A stretch of DNA of 64,000 nucleotides from Octopus vulgaris (taxonomy: Eukaryota): NCBI GenBank assembly GCA_951406725.2, contig OX597814.1, positions 202,988,001-203,052,000 on the forward strand, read 5' to 3'. This document shows, piece after piece, positions 50,591-64,000 of this stretch; the first letter of the stretch is position 1; every line of letters starts with the position of its first letter. The notes below the pieces were generated by a model that did not search any database, was not told the origin of the DNA, and saw only the letters and a list, made by a program, of their open reading frames with translations. Made by a program: the position numbers and the translations under genes.

Positions 50591-53500
50591 AATACGCGCG
50601 AAGGTTGAAAAAGGATGATAGAGCGAGACTTGGTCGGGCAAGAGTTAATAGAGGAGAAATTAGATACAATAGTTAGATAGATAAATAACAACAGATAGGA
50701 AAACATGTATGATTGGTCGAGAAGTGAAGTGAAGTGAAAATAAATAAAAATAAGATAAGCATTCAAACTTAGCTGTGCTCGAGATTATAGCCGCTAGGTG
50801 AATGAATGAGAGAGCAGATGTTGTTGCCTTAAGTAAAGAAATTGACCGGAAAGGAATTTTTGGACAAGGCGGAAGTGTATTAAGGGAACAGGCTTTAAAG
50901 ATGGCGGAGATTGATAGACAAATACGCGCGAAGGTTGAAAAAGGATGATAGAGCGAGACTTGGTCGGGCAAGAGTTAATAGAGGAGAAATTAGATACAAT
51001 AGTTAGATAGATAAATAACAACAGATAGGAAAACATGTATGATTGGTCGAGAAGTGAAGTGAAGTGAAAATAAATAAAAATAAGATAAGCATTCAAACTT
51101 AGCTGTGCTCGAGATTATAGCCGCTAGGTGAATGAATGAGAGAGCAGATGTTGTTGCCTTAAGTAAAGAAATTGACCGGAAAGGAATTTTTGGACAAGGC
51201 GGAAGTGTATTAAGGGAACAGGCTTTAAAGATGGCGGAGATTGATAGACAAATACGCGCGAAGGTTGAAAAAGGATGATAGAGCGAGACTTGGTCGGGCA
51301 AGAGTTAATAGAGGAGAAATTAGATACAATAGTTAGATAGATAAATAACAACAGATAGGAAAACATGTATGATTGGTCGAGAAGTGAAGTGAAGTGAAAA
51401 TAAATAAAAATAAGATAAGCATTCAAACTTAGCTGTGCTCGAGATTATAGCCGCTAGGTGAATGAATGAGAGAGCAGATGTTGTTGCCTTAAGTAAAGAA
51501 ATTGACCGGAAAGGAATTTTTGGACAAGGCGGAAGTGTATTAAGGGAACAGGCTTTAAAGATGGCGGAGATTGATAGACAAATACGCGCGAAGGTTGAAA
51601 AAGGATGATAGAGCGAGACTTGGTCGGGCAAGAGTTAATAGAGGAGAAATTAGATACAATAGTTAGATAGATAAATAACAACAGATAGGAAAACATGTAT
51701 GATTGGTCGAGAAGTGAAGTGAAGTGAAAATAAATAAAAATAAGATAAGCATTCAAACTTAGCTGTGCTCGAGATTATAGCCGCTAGGTGAATGAATGAG
51801 AGAGCAGATGTTGTTGCCTTAAGTAAAGAAATTGACCGGAAAGGAATTTTTGGACAAGGCGGAAGTGTATTAAGGGAACAGGCTTTAAAGATGGCGGAGA
51901 TTGATAGACAAATACGCGCGAAGGTTGAAAAAGGATGATAGAGCGAGACTTGGTCGGGCAAGAGTTAATAGAGGAGAAATTAGATACAATAGTTAGATAG
52001 ATAAATAACAACAGATAGGAAAACATGTATGATTGGTCGAGAAGTGAAGTGAAGTGAAAATAAATAAAAATAAGATAAGCATTCAAACTTAGCTGTGCTC
52101 GAGATTATAGCCGCTAGGTGAATGAATGAGAGAGCAGATGTTGTTGCCTTAAGTAAAGAAATTGACCGGAAAGGAATTTTTGGACAAGGCGGAAGTGTAT
52201 TAAGGGAACAGGCTTTAAAGATGGCGGAGATTGATAGACAAATACGCGCGAAGGTTGAAAAAGGATGATAGAGCGAGACTTGGTCGGGCAAGAGTTAATA
52301 GAGGAGAAATTAGATACAATAGTTAGATAGATAAATAACAACAGATAGGAAAACATGTATGATTGGTCGAGAAGTGAAGTGAAGTGAAAATAAATAAAAA
52401 TAAGATAAGCATTCAAACTTAGCTGTGCTCGAGATTATAGCCGCTAGGTGAATGAATGAGAGAGCAGATGTTGTTGCCTTAAGTAAAGAAATTGACCGGA
52501 AAGGAATTTTTGGACAAGGCGGAAGTGTATTAAGGGAACAGGCTTTAAAGATGGCGGAGATTGATAGACAAATACGCGCGAAGGTTGAAAAAGGATGATA
52601 GAGCGAGACTTGGTCGGGCAAGAGTTAATAGAGGAGAAATTAGATACAATAGTTAGATAGATAAATAACAACAGATAGGAAAACATGTATGATTGGTCGA
52701 GAAGTGAAGTGAAGTGAAAATAAATAAAAATAAGATAAGCATTCAAACTTAGCTGTGCTCGAGATTATAGCCGCTAGGTGAATGAATGAGAGAGCAGATG
52801 TTGTTGCCTTAAGTAAAGAAATTGACCGGAAAGGAATTTTTGGACAAGGCGGAAGTGTATTAAGGGAACAGGCTTTAAAGATGGCGGAGATTGATAGACA
52901 AATACGCGCGAAGGTTGAAAAAGGATGATAGAGCGAGACTTGGTCGGGCAAGAGTTAATAGAGGAGAAATTAGATACAATAGTTAGATAGATAAATAACA
53001 ACAGATAGGAAAACATGTATGATTGGTCGAGAAGTGAAGTGAAGTGAAAATAAATAAAAATAAGATAAGCATTCAAACTTAGCTGTGCTCGAGATTATAG
53101 CCGCTAGGTGAATGAATGAGAGAGCAGATGTTGTTGCCTTAAGTAAAGAAATTGACCGGAAAGGAATTTTTGGACAAGGCGGAAGTGTATTAAGGGAACA
53201 GGCTTTAAAGATGGCGGAGATTGATAGACAAATACGCGCGAAGGTTGAAAAAGGATGATAGAGCGAGACTTGGTCGGGCAAGAGTTAATAGAGGAGAAAT
53301 TAGATACAATAGTTAGATAGATAAATAACAACAGATAGGAAAACATGTATGATTGGTCGAGAAGTGAAGTGAAGTGAAAATAAATAAAAATAAGATAAGC
53401 ATTCAAACTTAGCTGTGCTCGAGATTATAGCCGCTAGGTGAATGAATGAGAGAGCAGATGTTGTTGCCTTAAGTAAAGAAATTGACCGGAAAGGAATTTT

Positions 53501-54033
53501 TGGACAAGTCGGAAGTGTATTAAGGGAACAGGCTTTAAAGATGGCGGAGATTGATAGACAAATACGCGCGAAGGTTGAAAAAGGATGATAGAGCGAGACT
53601 TGGTCGGGCAAGAGTTAATAGAGGAGAAATTAGATACAATAGTTAGATAGATAAATAACAACAGATAGGAAAACATGTATGATTGGTCGAGAAGTGAAGT
53701 GAAGTGAAAATAAATAAAAATAAGATAAGCATTCAAACTTAGCTGTGCTCGAGATTATAGCCGCTAGGTGAATGAATGAGAGAGCAGATGTTGTTGCCTT
53801 AAGTAAAGAAATTGACCGGAAAGGAATTTTTGGACAAGGCGGAAGTGTATTAAGGGAACAGGCTTTAAAGATGGCGGAGATTGATAGACAAATACGCGCG
53901 AAGGTTGAAAAAGGATGATAGAGCGAGACTTGGTCGGGCAAGAGTTAATAGAGGAGAAATTAGATACAATAGTTAGATAGATAAATAACAACAGATAGGA
54001 AAACATGTATGATTGGTCGAGAAGTGAAGTGAA
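50261..54033. repeat. 330-bp tandem array, 11 full copies plus 143 bp, nearly invariant
   Basis: aatacgcgcgaagg recurs every 330 bp from 50261; the only variant seen is G>T at 53509 (also visible in the ORF track as LPP>LPT). Confidence 0.98.
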
Positions 54034-56328
<2,295 letters not shown>

Positions 56329-56367
56329 GTATGTATGTATGTGTGTATGTGTATGTATGTATGTGTG

Positions 56368-56413
<46 letters not shown>

Positions 56414-56537
56414 CCAGGATAGTTATTTTGAAAGACACATAGTAATGAGAGCAATCAAACTTACCAACCCATATACAAAGGTTTATAACTAGCTTTGTTT
56501 AACTATGTCTATGCAGCAGTGAATGAGATCGATTAAT

Positions 56538-57053
56538 ATTGGTTTCAAATTTTGGAATAAGGCCTGCAATTGTGGGCAGTGAGGTGTGAAAGTCGATTAC
56601 CTTGACTCCAGTGCGTAACTGGAGCTTTCTTTATCAACCTCAAAATGATGAAAGCAAAGTCAATCCCTGCAGCATTTGAACTCAGAATGTAAGGATGGAA
56701 GGAATGTCACTAAGTGGGGTTTTTTTTCCAGCACAGTAACAATTCTGCCAGCTTGCTACCTTAAGATCAGTTAATATTGATATGATCCTTTTAGCATGCC
56801 CGGCGAAATGCTTAGTGGTATTTCATCTGTTTTTACGTTCTGAGTTCAAATTCTACTGAAATTGACTTTGCCTTTCATCCTTTCGGGGTCAATAAATTAA
56901 GTACCAGTTGCATACTAGGGTCGATCTAATCGACTGGCCCTGTCCCCAAAATTTCGGGCCTTCAGCAGAAACAAATATTGATATGATCCTCATCTGTCTT
57001 TACGTTCTGAGCTCAAATTCCACCAAGATTAACTTTGCCTTTCATCCTTTCGG
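56538..57053. mobile_element. Cluster of three Nin-domain SINEs (minus 56538-56762; plus 56790-56973 with 17-bp TSD; plus fragment 56991-57053)
   Basis: TSD aatattgatatgatcct at 56773-56789 and 56974-56990. Confidence 0.8.
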
Positions 57054-57359
57054 AGAAAGAGGTTAACTGTGCTTGCAGAGTCACTGGGTAACAAAACTAC
57101 CAGGTGCAGATAGTCCAGAGTAACTTCTGTGCAAGCAGTTTCAGTATATAGAAGTGAGGGAGCTAAGAGAACTGGTTGATAACAAGAACAGTGGCTTCAG
57201 AGAGAGAGAGAGAGAGAGAGAGAGACAAGAGGAGGTGGATGTGTAGAGACACAGGATAAGAGATAATTGAAATATAAGAAATAGCAGGGATGACAAGGAT
57301 AGCTAAAACAACTGGTGGTGTTTATTACTAACATTCCATCCGTGAGAGAAATTTCAATT

Positions 57360-57492
57360 TTTATTTTTTTACTACCCACAAGGGGCTAAACAGAGAGAGG
57401 ACAAACAAGGGCAGACAAATGGATTAAGTCGATTACATCGACCCCAGTGCATACCTGGTACTTATTTAATCGACCCCGAAAGGATGAAAGGC
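57360..57492 (-). mobile_element. 5'-truncated Nin-domain SINE
   Basis: Near-identical to 48272-48405; gagaaatt duplicated on both sides. Confidence 0.8.
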
Positions 57493-57542
57493 GAGAAATT
57501 AAAACATGAAGAATGTATATGTTACATAAACCAGTCATTTAA

Positions 57543-57763
57543 CCCTTTAGCATTTAAACCAGCCATATCTGGCCAAAAATATTCTACCTGTTTTATGTTC
57601 AAACTAGCCATATCTGGTCTCTCACACCAACCCTACAATATTGTTTAAAAAATTAACAGCTACCTCATCAAAATCACATAGCTACAAGATAATGCATGAT
57701 TAATTCAAAACAATGTGAATAAAAAAGGATTAATTTTGGCAGAATAATGCGAACACTAAAGGG
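57543..57763. mobile_element. piggyBac-like MITE
   Basis: TTAA|CCCTTTAG...CTAAAGGG|TTAA. Confidence 0.85.
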
Positions 57764-59411
57764 TTAAACAGTTGCAATGAACTTTCTCTATGGAGTTTAT
57801 AAATGAAAACAATTAAGAAATACTTCATTAGATTCATCAATTTCAGTCTGTGGTCTGATAAGTTGTTGAATTACTGATAATAAAAAGTATGACTCAAAAT
57901 AAGAACAGTTTGTCAGAGGTGAGTAAGTAGGTAGAAGAATTTCATGCGGTTGTGTGTGTATGTGTGTATGTAGATAGATAGTCTAGATGTGTATAGAGAG
58001 ATTGAATAATTGCTGTTTCGAATAGCATTACAGTTAACTAATGCTTAGAACTCCATGGAAATTCATGAATAGCCAACTTCCAATCAAGTATTTAAACAAA
58101 ATTTGTTCTCCAATTATCTTTGATTCTGTATATATTTGAATAATTTAGAATATATATCTGAGAGAAGAATAAAACAAAAGATTCAGTTAACCTCTTTATT
58201 ATAACATCATCCGGCATTTCAAGGTGATTTTGCAATCATCTCTGTAACAATTACCACACAACAAACTTGTATATGCTAGTGAAACACATGTAAAGGTTAT
58301 TTGATATATGATGCAATAATAAGGAGTTTAACTAAATCTTCCATCATATCCTGCTCTCATAGATAAGTAGTATAGTTTGCATGAAGCATTGTCTGATGTA
58401 GATAAATGTTTTTAATTTTCTTTAAAAAGCCAAATAATTGTGAGTCCTAAGAATTGATGGTTTGCTCTTTTATCCTGTGTTTCAATATTTAGAGCTTAGA
58501 ACCGATTCTTCAGGAAGTCTTTAGAGATTTGATGCTGTGAACTCACCATTTTTTTTGAAAATTGCTTGGAAAGGGTCTTTATTCCCCACCCCATGTCCAA
58601 AAATTGAAATACTACACAAACTACAAGCCATTGAATTATCTCTTATAACATGCATTGCTTTGGCTTTTCAAAAAAATTAAAAAACATTGAACATTGCAGG
58701 TTCATAGGTGCCAATGCCATGTAAAAAGCACTTGTACCAGTGCCACATAATGCACCAATGTCAGGGTTGTGTAAAAGCACCTAGTTCACACTGTAAAGTG
58801 GTTGGCTCATGAGTGCAATTGCACCCTTGGGTGGGGCAAACCCCACCCACAGGTGCAGTTGCACTCGTGAACACATTCTATTGCACTCAAAGATCGATAC
58901 ATTCATGTACAAAATATAATAAATTTTTCACTTACAAAATTTATACTATATTCCTATGCCTATTTGCAACATAGGTCGCGTTTCCATTATCACTTAAAAC
59001 AGATAGACTCGAACAGAAATTGTTCCATTTGAATGGAAATTTTGTTTTCACTATAAAACACATATTGCTAGGTTTGTACCACCCGCTTCAGCCCCAACTA
59101 CTCTCTAACTGAAAACTATAGAATACCTCATAAGTAATATAAATGTTCTAAATTCAGTGGTGGCATTAATGAAGATGTTACATGTTAATTTAATGTGTTA
59201 AACTTATCTCTATTAATGTATATCGAATTATATATAGATACATACAAGATTTACTCAGATATAAGTGTTAGAACTTGTAGTTCGCCCACAGACCTTTTTC
59301 TTGCCCACTGCATTAAAAAGTTTTCCCACTCCTAGTCTAACCCATGCCAGCATGGAAAACAGACATTAAATGACGATGACACTGATGATGATATATATAT
59401 ATATACAATAT

Positions 59412-59795
59412 TTGTGCCTGTGGCACGTAAGAGAACCATCCGAACGTGGATGTTGCCAGCGCCGCCCCGACTGGCCTCCGCGCCGGTGACACGTAAAAAG
59501 CACCATCCGATTGTGGCCATTGCCAGCCTCGTCTGGCACCTGTGCGGGTGGCATGCAAAAAGCACCATCCATCCGTGGCCGTTTGCCAGCTCCGTCTGGC
59601 ACCTGTGCGGGTGGCACGTAAAAAGCACCCACTACACTCTCGGAGTGGTTGGCATTAGGAAGGGCATCCAGCTGTAGAAACGCTGCCAGATCAGACTGGG
59701 CCTGGCGCAGCCTTCTGGCTTCCCAGACCCCAGTTGAACCGTCCAACCCATGCTAGCATGGAAAACGGACGTTAAACGATGATGATGATGATGAT
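59412..59795 (+). mobile_element. Young RTE 3' UTR/tail with four ~60-bp repeats
   Basis: gtggcacgtaaaaagcacc repeats, GGAAGGGCATCCAGCTG, GGACGTTAAAC(GAT)n. Confidence 0.85.
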
Positions 59796-60082
59796 ATAAT
59801 TAGTATACTGTTTTGTGAAGGTAAAATCAACAAAAAAAGTACTCCATTTGGTGAAAGATAAATATTGTTTAATAAACACAATGTATATTTTTATGAGCTA
59901 CTAATATCATCTCATGAAACTATTAGTAGCCCATAAAACTACATACTGTTTATTAAACAGTGTGTGTGTGTTAGTTTTACAAGGAGAGTGGTGACAGTCT
60001 AATGGAAACCAGCAAGTTGAAACTTCATGGGCCAGTGTCACACTTCTTGTAATGGTAAAATAAATATGCACTCTCCAAGAAA

Positions 60083-60450
60083 TACTCTCTTTTACTTATT
60101 TCAGTCATTTGACTGTGGCCATGCTGGAGCACTGCCTTTAGTCAAGCAAATCGACCCCAAGACTTATTCTTTGGGAGCCTAGTACTTATTCTATTGGTTG
60201 CTTTTTCCGAACCGCTAAGTTACAGGGACATAAACACAGGCACACAAACATTTACACACACATACATATATATATATATACATATTTACGACGGGCTTCT
60301 TTCAGTTTCCATCTACCAAATCCACTCACAAGGCTTTGGTCGGCCCGAGGCTATAGCAGAAGACACTTGCCCAAGGTGCCATGCAGTGGGAATGAACCTG
60401 GAACCATGTGGCTGGTAAGCAAGCTACTTACCACACAGCCATTCCTGCAC
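60083..60450 (-). mobile_element. Family A SINE
   Basis: Tail-to-head match. Confidence 0.85.
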
Positions 60451-61715
60451 CTGAGTAATGATGAGTGTGATGTAAAATTATTTTTATCACAACTCGACAT
60501 AAAAACACAGAGAGCCTCTAGGACACCACCACTCATTGCCTGCTTTCATAATGACATTTCAACACACCGTGATATTAAGTTATCTTTTGACCAAATACTT
60601 GCAACACAGTGTATTCTCTTAAACTGTCCTTAGGACCGGAGTGTGGTATTAAGTCAATTCATAGATTAAGTCTGCTTCCAAAATTACCATTCTTTTTAAA
60701 TGCAATGCCATAGTTTGTGGATGCACTGTTCTTGAGAGCTGTCTAAAGTGTAGAAAAGCATGGAAAGAATAAACCATACAGGTAGGGGTGGGGGTAAAAG
60801 AAAATAGCAAACATTCTGAAATATGACATAAATTGTATACAAGTTTTTGTTTGTTTGTTTTATTTCCTACTGCATTATATAACTCTGTTTTAGGTTCTTG
60901 TATATTAAAACTTTGACACTTGATTCTGAAAATGACATTTTTCATACAAGAAACAGCTGTTCACAGAAATGATCATTGACGATGACAAGAATAAAAGGAA
61001 AAATAACTATTTCTTAAAAGAAGAAGACATGGAAATAAAGAATTTGTCTAAACATAAAGATGATGTTTGTTACTTTTATTCTGGTTCAGAAAAGGCAATC
61101 CTAAATATGTTCAGAGAACATTTTTTATTGATATAAATGCTTTTATTGTGGCAGTTTTAAGCAATGCCAACTTGTCAAGTGCTGTGAATTTTCTTTGATA
61201 GAATGTGTCATGTATTCCAAACCAAAGCATTTTGAAGTTTTGTTGTTGATAACCCTCCTCCACCTTTTCATTTAACTCTTTTCATGTGGACAGCTTTATA
61301 AATGCATGCTGGGTTGCCTATGTACTAGAAACACTTAGCTTGTATAGTCTCTGATTGATGGGATTGCTTTTGTTTTAGCCCCTGGTAGGCCTTGATTGTG
61401 CAGGCCTATGATCAAAGGCTTTCCAACTATGACTAATTAATCTTGTAGTCAAGAACAGTGTATCTAAGGGTACTTTATTCAAAGTGTCCTTCTTTAACTT
61501 TTTTTTTATCCTCTGACATAAGTCATTCAAATAGCACATGTTGAAACAGTAACTCTTCCTCTCTACAAAGTTATTTCTCAACATAGTTTCCATAATAAGC
61601 AATGCATTTGCACATGTTCATAACAAGCAATCCATATGGTGCATATGTAATGCTTGTTATGGAAACTCAATGAATTCAACTCTTTAAACTTCATTGAAAA
61701 AATTCAAGTGCTAGT

Positions 61716-62093
61716 AGGGTGCCAAGAGCACCATCCGAGCATGATCGTCGCCAGAGCAGCCAACTGGCTTCCGTGCTGGTGGCACGTAAAAGGGCACTAT
61801 TTGAGCGTGATCATTACCAACATCGCCTTACTGGCACCTGTGCTGGTGGCATGTGTAAAAAGATTCGAGCGAGGTCATTGCCAGTACTGCCTGACTGGCC
61901 CCCATGCCGATGGCACGTAAAAAGCACCCACTACACTCAGAGTGGTTGGTATTAGGAAGGTCATATAGCTGTAGAAACTCTGCCAGATCAAGATTGGAGC
62001 CTGGTGCAGCCATCTGGTTTGCCAGCTCTCAGTCAAATTGTCCAACCCATGCTACCATGGAAAGCGGACGTTAAACGATGATGATGATGATGA
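61716..62093 (+). mobile_element. RTE 3' UTR/tail
   Basis: Same repeats and (GAT)n tail. Confidence 0.85.
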
Positions 62094-62639
62094 ATATTGT
62101 ACCTTTACACTTACTTTCCCTTTGTCTTTTCCATCAAATCATTGTCCTTGAGAGCTATCCTTTATTGGACCAAACTGGTGGAAGTCAGACAATGTCAGAT
62201 CCAAGTTGTATGGCAGATGGGATATCACTGACCACCTCGATATGTCAGTTGCCTTATTTCTTGCCAAAGATGTGTATATCGTGCATTATCATGGTAAATG
62301 TGGATCATTTGCAGACTCTTGTTCTTCCTCCTAATGTCTTCTCTAAACCTTTTTCGTGTCTCAGTATATCGCTCACTTTTTCATGATACAGACATGTTCC
62401 AGAAAATCAAAGAGAATGACACCCTTGTCATCTCAAACAACTGTTGTCATAACCTTTTGTGCCAATTGCTGCCTCTCTTAAATTTCTTACACCATTCCAA
62501 GACCTGAGCCTTATACATATATAATCTTCATCATCATTTAATGTCCACGGCTTGGATGGGTTGACAGGGTCTGATGAGTACAAGGACTGCATTATATACA
62601 TATACATGCGCGCACACACACACACATGTACATATATAA

Positions 62640-62702
<63 letters not shown>

Positions 62703-63008
62703 AACATGAACTGAGCGGGAGATATATTTTTATTAGAAATATTATCCTAGCTATTTGAAGCAGATATCTGGACAGAATTAATTTATCTATTTTTCCTTTT
62801 CTATTATTGATCAGAAATATATTCATCATGAACAGATTTCCAATTTCCTATCTTTTCTTCTTTTTTCCCCACATTGGTTTCCATTCAGTCATTTCTAACA
62901 TGTATAAAGACTATTGAATTGTTCCATTTGTTTGTTTGACAGAGGGGGAGAGAGGTTCTTCTCCCATAATATTGATTTTTCTCTCTGTTTTATTCAACAG
63001 ATTTGTTT

Positions 63009-63063
63009 ATGAGAACCATGGAGCATTCTAGGACTAAAATCATTTTTCCTGGTTTTCTAACAG
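63009..63063 (+). CDS. Probable first coding exon (exon 63001-63063) of an unidentified gene: MRTMEHSRTKIIFPGFLT+G
   Basis: Strong pyrimidine tract and caacAG acceptor (62999-63000); CAG|GTAAGA donor at 63064; the only open frame has ATG 63009 and Kozak ACCATGG at 63018; phase-1 intron follows. Confidence 0.6.
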
Positions 63064-63790
63064 GTAAGAAAATGGAAAAACCTTTTAAATTTTTATTGCT
63101 GTATCATTTATAGATTGCTAAAATTATATAATTCCAGCCTTTTGTTTTGTTTTCATTGGTAAATTTAATTCAATTTGGTCAGGTAAAACTGATGAATGGG
63201 CAGCTAATAGTGACCATTACCAATGGCTAATTTTATAATTATATTTTTAGTGATTGATTGTTCTAAATGGAATTTGGAACATTATGAAATTTTTCCTTCA
63301 AATATCTTTTTTTTTTTTGCCATGCATTTTATGAAATACTTTGGTATTTTTAACTGCTTTTTCTCATTTATTTATTACAATTATTAATATTATTATTATT
63401 GGATTCTTTTATGTTTCACTGCAGGCTTTATAAATATTTTCTTTAGTGTCTGTGTTAGTGTGTCTGTATGTCTGCCTGTGTACTATACTCATGTGTGTCT
63501 GTGCACTTAAAAAGAACATTCAAACTGACTGTCTGGCACTAAAAAAAAAACGGGATACAGCACCAAAAAGGTAGCTTCCTTTTATAGAAATTCCATCTTG
63601 CTTCAATCTCATGATACTAAATTTAGCAGTTTTCCCCTGCTTTTATCAACAGCAACACCATCATCATAATTTTTGCCTCCAATCCCCATATTGACATGGA
63701 TCCTTTCATTTTTCAATCCTTCATCCACTCCCTATTATTTTTCATGGAAGAATTAATTCATTAACAATTTTCTTAACCCACAGTTATGCA

Positions 63791-63857
<67 letters not shown>

Positions 63858-63954
63858 GAATATAAGGATAAAAATCACATAATGATTTTTATCAGGTAGT
63901 CAGCATGCTATAAAAATTTACAGGTAATTTATGCATTAAATTAATAATCATATA

Positions 63955-64000
<46 letters not shown>

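Larger units (their letters stand above)
49761..54033 (-). mobile_element. Young non-coding RTE-tailed element with a tandem-monomer 5' region
   Basis: Minus strand: 330-bp array (54033-50261), ~250 bp unique C-rich linker, RTE 3' UTR (50006-49785), (GAT)n tail; (TA)n on both flanks. Confidence 0.65.

Noticed and set aside
50261-54033. CRISPR array or tandem gene cluster (repeated 100/103-aa ORFs)
   Set aside because: Units are identical with no variable spacers, there are no cas genes and the context is eukaryotic. The ORFs are repeat read-through from non-ATG (TTG) starts with no recognisable domain.
57847-57918. Additional non-coding exon ending at GAG|GTGAGT
   Set aside because: Good donor but weak pyrimidine tract; cannot be supported without transcripts.

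Overview
AT-rich, repeat-dense eukaryotic DNA. The SINE/LINE families and the (TA)n/(TG)n/(CAT)n microsatellites strongly suggest an Octopus (coleoid cephalopod) genome; this is recognition by eye, not a database result. There is no intact long gene, and nearly all listed ORFs are microsatellite or repeat read-through. The window looks like the 5' part of one + strand gene: a probable non-coding exon at 7087-7285, a ~56 kb intron (if no exon intervenes), and a probable start-codon exon at 63001-63063. The intron holds tRNA-derived and Nin-domain SINEs, RTE and CR1-group LINE ends, piggyBac-, hAT- and Tc1-like MITEs, a non-autonomous Helitron and Penelope-like fragments. Three things stand out. 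(1) At 49761-54033 (- strand) is a young non-coding retroelement: 11.4 near-identical 330-bp monomers rich in promoter motifs (YY1, ETS, CCAAT, E2F-like, Inr), joined to an RTE 3' tail and sitting between (TA)n tracts. It resembles the tandem-monomer promoter of mouse L1. (2) At 38842-39305 is a 428-bp palindrome with a tRNA-like/B-box centre and a minimal hammerhead ribozyme in each arm; three further hammerhead-like families occur in the window. (3) The CR1-group LINE 3' tail is shared with the dominant SINE. All coordinates were read by eye; boundaries of old repeats are approximate.
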